Of a DNA stretch of 64,000 bases, positions 53,520 through 62,397 are shown in pieces. The stretch is from an uncultured Phycisphaerales bacterium (GTDB lineage Bacteria > Planctomycetota > Phycisphaerae > Tepidisphaerales > Tepidisphaeraceae), in the NCBI GenBank assembly GCA_963755915.1, contig CAVWLP010000002.1:1888001-1952000 (forward strand). The letters run 5' to 3'. The notes under the pieces are model-generated. The model saw nothing but the letters and a program-made list of their open reading frames with translations. It did not search any database and was not told the origin of the DNA. Position 1 is the first letter of the stretch, and the number at the start of each line of letters is the position of its first letter. The position numbers and the translations under genes were made by a program.

Positions 53520-55349
53520 ATGAACGGGAAGCGACTTATCTGGTTTGTGCTCGCGGTTCTGATGCTGCCGGGAATTTGTGCCGCGGCGATGCAGACGGCG
53601 ACGTATACGGCGATGCTGAATGCGTCGTCGCTCCAGGCGGGGCAGACGGCGGTGGCGGCGGTGGTGGTGGATATCAAGCCGGGGTTGCATGCGCAGTCGC
53701 ATACGCCGCTGACGGGGACGGGGGTGAATTACATTAAATTTGAGGTGACGCCGGATTCGAATCCGAATATCGATTTTCTGGATCCGGTTTATCCGGAGGG
53801 GAAGATTGAGGCGTTCGCGGCTCTGGGGCCGCAGAGCGTTTATATGGGAGAGGTGATTGTTTATCTGCCGATGCGGGTGAAGACAACGGCGGAGGTCGGG
53901 CCGGCGACGATTTCCGGGAAGCTGACGTGGCAGGCGTGCAACGATCACGTCTGCTTTGCACCGGCGCGGAATCAAGTCTTTACGATTGACACGTCGATCG
54001 TGCCGGCGTCGGCGCCGGTGACGCCGGTGAATCAATCGAAATTCTTGGGGTTTGATCCGCGCGTATTTGCGGCGGAGGCACCGGCGGTGGGGCAGGTGGC
54101 GCCGACGGAGTCTGTGCAACCGTCGGGGACGACGATCGATTTTTTCGGGCGGACGTTTGTGCTGGGGGCGTCGAGTCATGGGCTGGCGCTGCTGATTGCG
54201 CTGGCGGTGGGCGTGCTCTTTAATCTCATGCCGTGCGTGTTGCCGGTGCTGCCGCTGAAGGTGATCGGGTTTGTGCAGGCGTCGCAGAAGAGCCGGGCGC
54301 GGTGTTTTCTGCTGGGGTGCGTGTTCAGCCTGGGGGTGATCTGTTTTTTTGGGATTCTGGCGCAGCTTGTGGTCGTCTCGCGATTTTTGCAGTGGGGGCA
54401 GCTCTTCAGTTATGGGTGGTTTATCTGGGGCGTGGTCGTCGTGCTGCTGGCGATGGCAGCGGGGATGTTCGGACTTTTTGACGTCATTCTGCCGGCGGGG
54501 GTTTATAACGTGGCGCTGACGCACGAGACGATCCTGGGCAATTTTGTGTTTGGGATTTTCACGGCGGTGCTTTCTTCGCCATGCGTAGCGCCGATGTTTG
54601 CGGGGATCCTGGCGTGGGCGCTGGCCCAGCCGACGGCAGTGGGGGTGTCGGCTTTCCTGATGGTGGGCGTGGGGATGGCGCTGCCGTATCTGATCCTCAG
54701 CGCGTTTCCGAACCTGGTGAAGTGGATTCCGCGCAGCGGGCCGTGGTCGGGCGTGCTGAAGCAGACGATGGCGTTTTTTGTGCTGGCGGTGGCGGTTTAT
54801 TTCGCGGGCGGGAGATTTCTAGGGCGGGACCAGATTTTCTTCGCGATCTTTGTCGTGATTGCCATCGGGATGTGTTTCATGGTGGGGCGGATTGCGCTGC
54901 TTACGAAACGCGTGCGGCCGATTGCGATTTCGCTTCTGGCCGCGGCGGCCATGGTGCTGGTCTCCTACGACATAACCATGCGGTTTGTTGGGGGGCTGCT
55001 GTGGCAGCCATACACCGACCAGGCCTTTGCCGCGGCGCGGGCGAGCGGACGTCCGGTGCTGGTGGAATTCACCGCCAACTGGTGCCCGAATTGTCTGTCC
55101 ATCGAGGCATCCGTTTTTCGCGATCCGCGCACGGCGGCAGCGCTGAAGCATTATGATGTCGTGCTGATGCGAGCCGATCTGACCAGCGAAGATGCGCCCG
55201 GCTGGCCGAAGGTGAATGAGCTGAACCCCGGCGGCGGGATTCCGCTGACGGCGATTTATGCTCCGCATGGCAGCGAGCCGGATAAGCTGACCAGTTTGTA
55301 TACGACGCAGAATCTGCTCGACGCGCTGAAGGGGGCGGCGGGAGCGTGA
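53520..55349 (+). CDS. DsbD-family thiol:disulfide interchange protein
   Basis: QACNDHVCF N-domain, NLMPCVLP and SSPCVAP TM cysteines, and thioredoxin FTANWCPNC. Confidence 0.9.
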   Translation: MNGKRLIWFVLAVLMLPGICAAAMQTATYTAMLNASSLQAGQTAVAAVVVDIKPGLHAQSHTPLTGTGVNYIKFEVTPDSNPNIDFLDPVYPEGKIEAFAALGPQSVYMGEVIVYLPMRVKTTAEVGPATISGKLTWQACNDHVCFAPARNQVFTIDTSIVPASAPVTPVNQSKFLGFDPRVFAAEAPAVGQVAPTESVQPSGTTIDFFGRTFVLGASSHGLALLIALAVGVLFNLMPCVLPVLPLKVIGFVQASQKSRARCFLLGCVFSLGVICFFGILAQLVVVSRFLQWGQLFSYGWFIWGVVVVLLAMAAGMFGLFDVILPAGVYNVALTHETILGNFVFGIFTAVLSSPCVAPMFAGILAWALAQPTAVGVSAFLMVGVGMALPYLILSAFPNLVKWIPRSGPWSGVLKQTMAFFVLAVAVYFAGGRFLGRDQIFFAIFVVIAIGMCFMVGRIALLTKRVRPIAISLLAAAAMVLVSYDITMRFVGGLLWQPYTDQAFAAARASGRPVLVEFTANWCPNCLSIEASVFRDPRTAAALKHYDVVLMRADLTSEDAPGWPKVNELNPGGGIPLTAIYAPHGSEPDKLTSLYTTQNLLDALKGAAGA

Positions 55350-55535
55350 AGCGGGGGATTGCCAATTGCCTATTTCCTATTGCCTATTTTCAAATTCCCT
55401 TTTTGTTTTGCGTGTTTGCTGAAGGGTTCATTTCCTGCGTGGCGTTCTCATCGTCATTTCTCGCATTGGGCCGCTGAATCATTTAGAATCGCGCGGCGAA
55501 GATAGTTCGGGCGGGGACAAGCGAGGAGACGCTCA

Positions 55536-56531
55536 ATGAACAAGGGAGTCTGGGTCATTTTCATCGTCATTGTTGTCGCCGCGGTGGCGCTGATCGCGTT
55601 TCGCAAGGAGCAGTCTGAGACGGCTGTACCGACGACGCAGCAAGCCGCGCAGCTTACGCTGGCGGTTATCCCCAAGGGGACGACGCATGCCTATTGGAAA
55701 TCGGTGGAGGCCGGAGCCGAGCAGGCGGGGAAGGAACTCGGCGTCAATATCATCTATAAGGGGCCGATGCTGGAGGACGATCGGGCGGGGCAGATTTCGC
55801 TCGTCGAGCAGTTTGCGTCCGGCAACGTGAATGGGATCGTGCTGGCTCCGCTGGATGACACGGCTCTGCTGCCGCCGGTGCAGACCGCGATGCAGAAAAA
55901 TATCCCGGTGGTGATCATCGATTCGTCCCTCAAGGGAGACGCGGGGAAGGATTTTGTCTGCTACGTCGGCACCAACAACACGGCCGCCGGAAAGCTCGGC
56001 GGCGAAGAGCTGGCGAAACTTCTGCGCGGAAAGGGGAAGTATGTGCTTCTGCGATACGCCGTGGGCTCGGCCAGCACGATTCAGCGCGAAGACGGGTTTC
56101 TTAGCGCGATGGACGAGAATCCTGCAATGACCGCGCTGGTGAAGGATCGCTATGCCGGCGCCACGGTCGATCAGGCGCAGACGGCTTCGATGAATCTCCT
56201 CTCCGAGATCAAGCAGGCAGATGGCATTTTCTGCCCGAACGAATCGACGACCCTGGGCATGCTCAACACCCTCGAGCAGAACAACCTGGCTGGGAAAATT
56301 CATTTCGTGGGATTCGACGCCACGCCGGAGCTGGTCGATGCGCTCAAGAAAGGCGAGATCGATGCCCTGGTTTCGCAGGATCCAACGAAGATGGGATATG
56401 AAGGGGTGAAGGCGTGCGTCGATTCGATTCATGGAATCGCTCAGCCGCCGGTGACGGACAGCGGGGTTCAACTGATCACGCGCGACAATCTGGATACGCC
56501 GGAGGTTCAGAAGCTTCTTTCGGGGAGCTAA
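55536..56531 (+). CDS. Sugar ABC transporter substrate-binding protein (RbsB-like)
   Basis: IPKGTTHAYW, IPVVIIDS, VGTNN, QREDGF, VGFD and QDPTKMG. Confidence 0.92.
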   Translation: MNKGVWVIFIVIVVAAVALIAFRKEQSETAVPTTQQAAQLTLAVIPKGTTHAYWKSVEAGAEQAGKELGVNIIYKGPMLEDDRAGQISLVEQFASGNVNGIVLAPLDDTALLPPVQTAMQKNIPVVIIDSSLKGDAGKDFVCYVGTNNTAAGKLGGEELAKLLRGKGKYVLLRYAVGSASTIQREDGFLSAMDENPAMTALVKDRYAGATVDQAQTASMNLLSEIKQADGIFCPNESTTLGMLNTLEQNNLAGKIHFVGFDATPELVDALKKGEIDALVSQDPTKMGYEGVKACVDSIHGIAQPPVTDSGVQLITRDNLDTPEVQKLLSGS

Positions 56532-56541
56532 TGCCCGCCAC

Positions 56542-58050
56542 ATGACTCACCTGGCTCAGACAACACAATTTGCAGGTCCCCGGCTTCGGATGCAGGGCGT
56601 GCGGAAACGATTCGGCGCCACCGTTGCACTCGACGGGGTCGATCTACAGGTCAGCGGCGGAGAGGTGCTGGCGCTCGTGGGAGAAAACGGAGCGGGCAAG
56701 AGCACGCTCATGAAGGTGATCTCCGGAGCGCACGCGCCCGATGAGGGTGAGATGTGGCTCGATGGAGAGTCCTATGCCCCGCGCGATCCACTGGAAGCGC
56801 GCCGTCGCGGCGTGGCGATGATTTATCAGGAGCTGTCGGTTGCGAAAGATCTGACAGTGATGGAGAACATGCTTCTGGGGATGGAGCCGACCAATGGCCC
56901 ATTCGTTCGCTGGGCGGAAATGAAGCGACAGGCGGCGGGGGCGATGGCGCAGCTTGGCAGGCCCGACATCGATCCGGCCGCGCCGCTGAGCAAGCTCTCC
57001 CTGGCCGAGAGGCAGCTCGTCGAGATCGGGCGGGCGATCTGCGTGGGGTGCCGGGTGCTGGTGCTCGATGAACCGACGAGCAGCCTGACGCAATCGGATA
57101 TCCGGCACTTGTTCGATCTCGTCCGCCGGCTGCGCGCTTCGGGGATGGCGATCATTTACATCTCCCATTTCCTCGAAGAGGTTCGCGAAATTTCCGATCG
57201 CTTCGAGGTTCTGCGAGATGGAAAAAGCGTTGGCGGTGGGGCGACGGCGCAGAGCGATACGGCCCGAATCATTTCGATGATGGTGGGACGCTCGGTGGAT
57301 GATCTTTATCCCCGGTCAGCACGCAAGCAGGGAGAGGCGGTTCTGGAGATCACCGATCTTGCCGGCCAGACCAAGCCGGTCGATGCCAGCCTCACGCTGC
57401 ATCGCGGCGAAATCGTGGGAATCGCGGGCTTGGTCGGGGCAGGCCGAACGGAATTTCTCCGGGCGATCTTCGGGCTCGCCCCCGTGAAGAGCGGCGAGAT
57501 TCGGCTCGGCGCCTACGTCGGCCCGGCGTCGCCGGCGCACCGCTGGGCCGAGGGGATGGGCCTGCTCAGCGAAGATCGGAAAGAAGAAGGCCTCGCCGTC
57601 GATCTAAGCCTCGCGGATAACGTGACGATGACCCGTTTGGGCTGGCTCGTCAGCCCCAGCCGCCAGGCCCAGGAGACGCGCGAGTGGATTCGCCGCCTGG
57701 CGATTCGCTGCCGGTCCCCCAGGCAGGCGGTGAGCGATCTGTCCGGCGGAAATCAGCAGAAGATCGCCATCGCGCGCCTCCTTCGCCATGACGTGGATGT
57801 CTTTCTGCTCGATGAGCCAACGCGCGGCATCGACGTGGGCTCCAAGGCGCAGATTTATCAGCTCATCGACGAACTTGCCTGCAAGGGAAAGGCGATCCTG
57901 ATGGTGAGCAGTTATCTGCCGGAGCTTTTGGGCGTGTGCGACCGCATTGCGGTGATGTGCAAGGGCCGCATGGCCCGGACCACCCCGGTCGAAAAGACCA
58001 ACGAACATCAGATTATGTTGGAAGCGACCGGCGCTGCGGAGGCGAGATGA
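56542..58050 (+). CDS. Sugar ABC transporter ATP-binding protein (RbsA-like)
   Basis: GENGAGKS, LDEPTSSL, LSGGNQQK and DEPTRGIDVG. Confidence 0.95.
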   Translation: MTHLAQTTQFAGPRLRMQGVRKRFGATVALDGVDLQVSGGEVLALVGENGAGKSTLMKVISGAHAPDEGEMWLDGESYAPRDPLEARRRGVAMIYQELSVAKDLTVMENMLLGMEPTNGPFVRWAEMKRQAAGAMAQLGRPDIDPAAPLSKLSLAERQLVEIGRAICVGCRVLVLDEPTSSLTQSDIRHLFDLVRRLRASGMAIIYISHFLEEVREISDRFEVLRDGKSVGGGATAQSDTARIISMMVGRSVDDLYPRSARKQGEAVLEITDLAGQTKPVDASLTLHRGEIVGIAGLVGAGRTEFLRAIFGLAPVKSGEIRLGAYVGPASPAHRWAEGMGLLSEDRKEEGLAVDLSLADNVTMTRLGWLVSPSRQAQETREWIRRLAIRCRSPRQAVSDLSGGNQQKIAIARLLRHDVDVFLLDEPTRGIDVGSKAQIYQLIDELACKGKAILMVSSYLPELLGVCDRIAVMCKGRMARTTPVEKTNEHQIMLEATGAAEAR

Positions 58051-59057
58051 CAGCCACAAGTTCGCCGCCGGATGCGCCGGCAAAAGGTTCGGCCGGACAA
58101 ACTTTCAGCGCTATTGGCGCAATCGGTCCGATCGTCGGGCTGTTCTTCGTTTTTGCCCTCTTCGCGATCCTTTCGCCGCGGAATTTTCTCAGCACCGAGA
58201 ATTTTGAGATCATCATGCTCACCACCGCCGTCGTCGGGACCGCGGCGCTCGGGTCGACGATCATCATCATTTCCGGCGGCATCGATCTTTCCGTGGGATC
58301 AAATATCGCCATGTGCACCGTCGTGATCGCCCTGTGCCGGCGAAGCGATTGGCCGCCGATCGCCGCCGTAATGTGTGGAATCCTCGCCGGCGCGGCGGTA
58401 GGGCTGGTGATCGGGGTACTGGTAACCCAGCTTCGGCTCCCCTCGTTTATTGTCACCCTGGGGCTTTGGGGCGGTGTGCGCGGTTTTGCCAAGTGGCTCG
58501 CCTCCGGCACCACCATCTATGAACCCTCCGGCTGGGTCGGGCATCTTTTGCACATGCTCGGGCCCCAGGAAAGATGGATGATCGTCCCGCCCGGCGTCTG
58601 GCTCCTGATCTTTCTCACCTTGTTTGTGGCTGCCGTTTTGAAATTCACCCGCTTCGGCCGTCATATATTTGCGATTGGTTCCAACGAGCAGACCGCAAGA
58701 CTTTGTGGCGTCCCGATCGCCCGCACCAAAATACTCATCTTTATCTTTGCTACCTTCTTTGCCGGGATCGCCGGGGTTCTCCAGTTTTCTTTTTTGAACA
58801 ACCTGGGCGACCCCACCACCGCCAATGGCTACGAACTAAGCGCCATCGCCGCCGTGGTTATCGGCGGCGCAAGCCTTTCCGGGGGTAAGGGAAGCGTTTT
58901 CGGAACTTTGGTCGGCGCCGTCCTCATGAGCATGGTCACCAACGGGTGCAGCCAACTTCAGATCAGCAATGCGGTTCAGGACATGGTGACCGGCGGCATC
59001 ATCATCGCCGCCGCCGCCTTCGATCAATTCCGCCAGCCCCACGCCAATGTTAAGTAA
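58047..59057 (+). CDS. Sugar ABC transporter permease (RbsC-like)
   Basis: GGIDLSVGS, PSFIVTLG, FGRHIFAIGSN and AAVVIGGASLSGG. Confidence 0.93.
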   Translation: MTATSSPPDAPAKGSAGQTFSAIGAIGPIVGLFFVFALFAILSPRNFLSTENFEIIMLTTAVVGTAALGSTIIIISGGIDLSVGSNIAMCTVVIALCRRSDWPPIAAVMCGILAGAAVGLVIGVLVTQLRLPSFIVTLGLWGGVRGFAKWLASGTTIYEPSGWVGHLLHMLGPQERWMIVPPGVWLLIFLTLFVAAVLKFTRFGRHIFAIGSNEQTARLCGVPIARTKILIFIFATFFAGIAGVLQFSFLNNLGDPTTANGYELSAIAAVVIGGASLSGGKGSVFGTLVGAVLMSMVTNGCSQLQISNAVQDMVTGGIIIAAAAFDQFRQPHANVK

Positions 59058-59226
59058 AAATATTCACCGATGACGCGCTGTTGAACCGCGCTGTAATTTG
59101 CAAAAAGCTTGACCGCCCGTGCTATACTTAAACGTGCCGGGAAATGGACTGCCCGGCGGCGTTCGCAACGCATGGAGCAACCCTATCATGAGCCGTTCTG
59201 AAAACCGGTCCCGCGATGAAGGCAAA

Positions 59227-59988
59227 ATGTCCAGCGCGGATATTACGCCCGTCCTCAAGGGCTGGGATTACGAGCCGGGCACCATCAACGTCCGAAAAAT
59301 CAGCGGCAACGACGGCCAGCCCAAACTCCAGATGCGCGTCGACCTCGGCGTCCTGCAAATGGAAATGACCGGCCGCCCCGACGGCGCCAAGCCCCACGGC
59401 TGCGAATCCCTCCTCGAATTCCACGAACGCGAGCTTAACGAATACCGCCTCCGCCACGGCAGCGAAATGGGCTTCCAGATCGACCGCAACGATTGCCAGG
59501 CCCTGCGCGATGAAGCGGTGATGTATTACCAGCGCTACCTCGGCCTGTTTGTGCTCGAGGATTTCGTGGCCGTCATGCGCGACACCGCCCGCAACCTGCG
59601 CGTGCTGGACCTCTGCTTCAAATTCGCCAGCGACGAGCACGACCGGATTATTCTGGAGCAATATCGCCCCTACATCATCATGATGAACAGCCGGGCAGAG
59701 GCGTCGATCCATTTCAACAACAAGGAATACAAGCCCGCGCTGGTGGTGGTTGAGCGCGGCCTGGAAAACATCCGCACGTTCTTCACCAAGTTCGAGCAGG
59801 ACGATGCCTTTGCCAAATCGAATGAGGTGCGGATACTGAAAAAATTCGCCCACGAAATCCGCCGCAAGATTCCCCTCGACCCGATGGAGAAACTCCAGCA
59901 GCAGCTCGACAAGGCGGTGAAAACCGAGCGCTACGAAGAGGCCGCCAAGCTGCGCGACCAGATCCGCAGGCTGCAGGCGTCGGCCTGA
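59227..59988 (+). CDS. Conserved protein with C-terminal UvrB/UvrC (UVR) motif
   Basis: LQQQLDKAVKTERYEEAAKLRDQI. Start could instead be 59188. Confidence 0.8.
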   Translation: MSSADITPVLKGWDYEPGTINVRKISGNDGQPKLQMRVDLGVLQMEMTGRPDGAKPHGCESLLEFHERELNEYRLRHGSEMGFQIDRNDCQALRDEAVMYYQRYLGLFVLEDFVAVMRDTARNLRVLDLCFKFASDEHDRIILEQYRPYIIMMNSRAEASIHFNNKEYKPALVVVERGLENIRTFFTKFEQDDAFAKSNEVRILKKFAHEIRRKIPLDPMEKLQQQLDKAVKTERYEEAAKLRDQIRRLQASA

Positions 59989-60093
59989 TGAGTTGGGTCC
60001 GTTCTCCGCGCCTATTCTGCAACTGGAATCCATCAACCGATTGATGTAACTTCTTGTTCCCGGCTTCGTGCATGTTGATGCCTGGAGCGCGTT

Positions 60094-60164
60094 TGGGGAA
60101 TGGTGTAACGGTAGCACAGCAGACTCTGGATCTGCTTGTCTAGGTTCGAATCCTAGTTCCCCAG
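60094..60164 (+). tRNA. tRNA-Gln(CTG), CCA not encoded
   Basis: TGGGGAATGGTGTAACGGTAGCACAGCAGA-CTCTGGA-TCTGCTTGTCTAGGTTCGAATCCTAGTTCCCCAG folds as a cloverleaf. Confidence 0.97.
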
Positions 60165-60302
60165 TTGCTTTCCTCCCTCCAAAGTAGTAGAAATTCCTAG
60201 GGAAAATTGAAATTCGGAATTTGCCCCCAAAGCTTCTCAAGCGGTTTGGGGGCAATTTGGGGGCAGCATTGCGGGTGCGTTGCATCTGCGTTGGGAGAAG
60301 CT

Positions 60303-61523
60303 ATGGCATGGCTTGAAAAACGTGGTGGCAGCTTCCGCGTCTGCTTTCGCTACGCCGGGCGAAAGTACCGGCACGAGTTAAAGACAGAAAATGAACGCGA
60401 AGCAAACGGGCTGCTCGGCCGATTGGAGGACAACCTGATTCTCTTGGAGCGTGGCAAGCTCGATCCGCCGGCGGATGGCGAATTGGCTCTGTTCCTGCTC
60501 TCGGATGGAAAGATCAGCGAAAAGCCCAAGGTAGAGGTTTCCGTGCGGTTGGCAGCCTTTTTTGACCGATACAGGAAGGAATTTCCGGCGGGAGCGAAAG
60601 AAACAAATACCCGCTATACCGAGGAAGTTCACATGCGGAATCTGGAACGGTTGATCGGCGCCAAATTCGGCGTTCGCTCCATCTCGACGGAGACGCTTCA
60701 GCAGTACGTCAACGAACGATCTAAAGAGACTGGTAGAAACGGCGAGCCGCTCAGTCACAAGACGATCCAGAAGGAAATCGGCAGCTTCGCAAGCATCTGG
60801 AACAAATGGGGGATAAAAGCGGGGCTTGTCGCCGGACGAGCACCCACGAGAGGGCTTATCTACAACAAGACGAAGGCCGCCCATCCGTTCCAGACGTGGC
60901 AGCAAATCGAGCAACGCATCAAGCGCGGCGGCCTCTCGACCGCCCAGAAAGATGAGTTGTGGGATAGCCTCTTTCTCTCGGTCGAGCAAACTGAGGAGCT
61001 GTTGGCGGATGTGAAGAAGATCGGCCGCTTCGAGTTCGTCTATCCGATGTTTGCCTTTGCGGCGTACACCGGCGCCCGCCGATCCGAAATTCTGCGGGCG
61101 GAAATCGATGACCTGGATTTCGACGGCGGGATGGTTCGCATCCGTGAAAAGAAGAAGGATAAGACGAGAGCTTTTACCTTCCGTTTTGTGCCGCTTTCGG
61201 CGTCCCTTCAGGCAGTAGTGAAGTCCTGGATGGAGCATCACCCTGTCGGGCAATTCGTCATCTGCGATGAGACCGGAAGCCCTCTGACGCCCCAAATGGC
61301 CGCTCATCATTTCAGGTGGGCTGTCGAGGGGACAAAATGGGATGTACTTCGGGGCTGGCACGTTCTCCGGCACTCGTTCATTTCCAATTGTGCCGCGAAA
61401 GGCATCGATCAGCGAATGATTGACGCCTGGGTAGGACACACAACCGCGGAAATGGCGGCTCGATACCGCCATCTCTTTCCAGAGCCGCAGCGGGAAGCGA
61501 TGAAACTTGTCTTCGGGAAGTAG
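60303..61523 (+). CDS. Tyrosine recombinase/integrase
   Basis: YTGARRSE, HVLRH, VGH and ARYRH catalytic motifs. Confidence 0.95.
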   Translation: MAWLEKRGGSFRVCFRYAGRKYRHELKTENEREANGLLGRLEDNLILLERGKLDPPADGELALFLLSDGKISEKPKVEVSVRLAAFFDRYRKEFPAGAKETNTRYTEEVHMRNLERLIGAKFGVRSISTETLQQYVNERSKETGRNGEPLSHKTIQKEIGSFASIWNKWGIKAGLVAGRAPTRGLIYNKTKAAHPFQTWQQIEQRIKRGGLSTAQKDELWDSLFLSVEQTEELLADVKKIGRFEFVYPMFAFAAYTGARRSEILRAEIDDLDFDGGMVRIREKKKDKTRAFTFRFVPLSASLQAVVKSWMEHHPVGQFVICDETGSPLTPQMAAHHFRWAVEGTKWDVLRGWHVLRHSFISNCAAKGIDQRMIDAWVGHTTAEMAARYRHLFPEPQREAMKLVFGK

Positions 61524-61589
61524 GGAACTACAGCAGCACTGGAAGTGCTGCTTTTTCGTGTGGCGCGACGATTAGGTATCATGCTGGCC

Positions 61590-62069
61590 GTGGCACCAGC
61601 CGAATCATGTCGGGATTGTGGAAAAGTCATCACCGGCCGAGCAAGGGCAGATGTCTGGCAAGGGGAATTGATCCTTTGCTCCGGCTGTTACCGCGACCGG
61701 AAAAACCACCAGAAATTTCTGAAACGCATTCCCGAACTAACGGCCGCATTGACGGGTTGGCCGGACAAATTGTGGCTCGTCCGTAACGGGCGAGAAGAAT
61801 TGGGACCATTCACGACCAGTCAACTGACCGATCTGTTAAAAAAGCGGCGCGTGGATTGGAACTGGAACATTTGGCGGGAGGGAATGAAAGCTTGGACGCC
61901 GGCGGCGAGACTGTTCACGATGCCAGAATTGGACCGTGGCCGGGAGATTCAGCTTCGAGAATTTATTTCGCCACGTCCCTACTTTCCCCGCTCGAAAATC
62001 CAGAAACGCAGATGGTGGCTGACATTATTCGAGAAGTTTTTTTTGGCAAAAAGACGGCATCGGGGATGA
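61590..62069 (+). CDS. GYF_2 (DUF4339)-like domain protein with N-terminal CxxC...CxxC
   Basis: CRDC...CSGC, WLVRNGREELGPF...IWREGMKAWTPA. Start uncertain. Confidence 0.65.
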   Translation: MAPAESCRDCGKVITGRARADVWQGELILCSGCYRDRKNHQKFLKRIPELTAALTGWPDKLWLVRNGREELGPFTTSQLTDLLKKRRVDWNWNIWREGMKAWTPAARLFTMPELDRGREIQLREFISPRPYFPRSKIQKRRWWLTLFEKFFLAKRRHRG

Positions 62070-62086
62070 CTTTTGCGACAGGCCGC

Positions 62087-62308
62087 CTATCGACCCTTCG
62101 CTCGCAAAAGTTCCGGAGGATGCACCCTAAGCGCCTTTGCCAGCTTGCCTAAGGTGCGAAGGGTAAGGTTTTCTTCTGCCCGCTCAATGGCGCCGACATA
62201 GGTACGATGAAGATTACATTTGGCCGCGAACTCTTCCTGTGACCAGCCGCGCTCTTTTCGTAGCTTTCTGACGACTTTTGCTACAATCTTGATCGAATCA
62301 TCTTGCAC
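62087..62308 (-). CDS. XRE-family HTH regulator (controller/C-protein-like)
   Basis: RKLRKERGWSQEEFA...LHRTYVGAIER.E.NLTL. Confidence 0.9.
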   Translation of the reverse strand: MQDDSIKIVAKVVRKLRKERGWSQEEFAAKCNLHRTYVGAIERAEENLTLRTLGKLAKALRVHPPELLRAKGR

Positions 62309-62397
62309 GGCAGCAAAATGCCGTTAGGATGGGTATAGCTCTACAGGGTATACCTAGCATTTCGGATTAGTTTGCAGTTCGACAACAGGAGGTGGAA

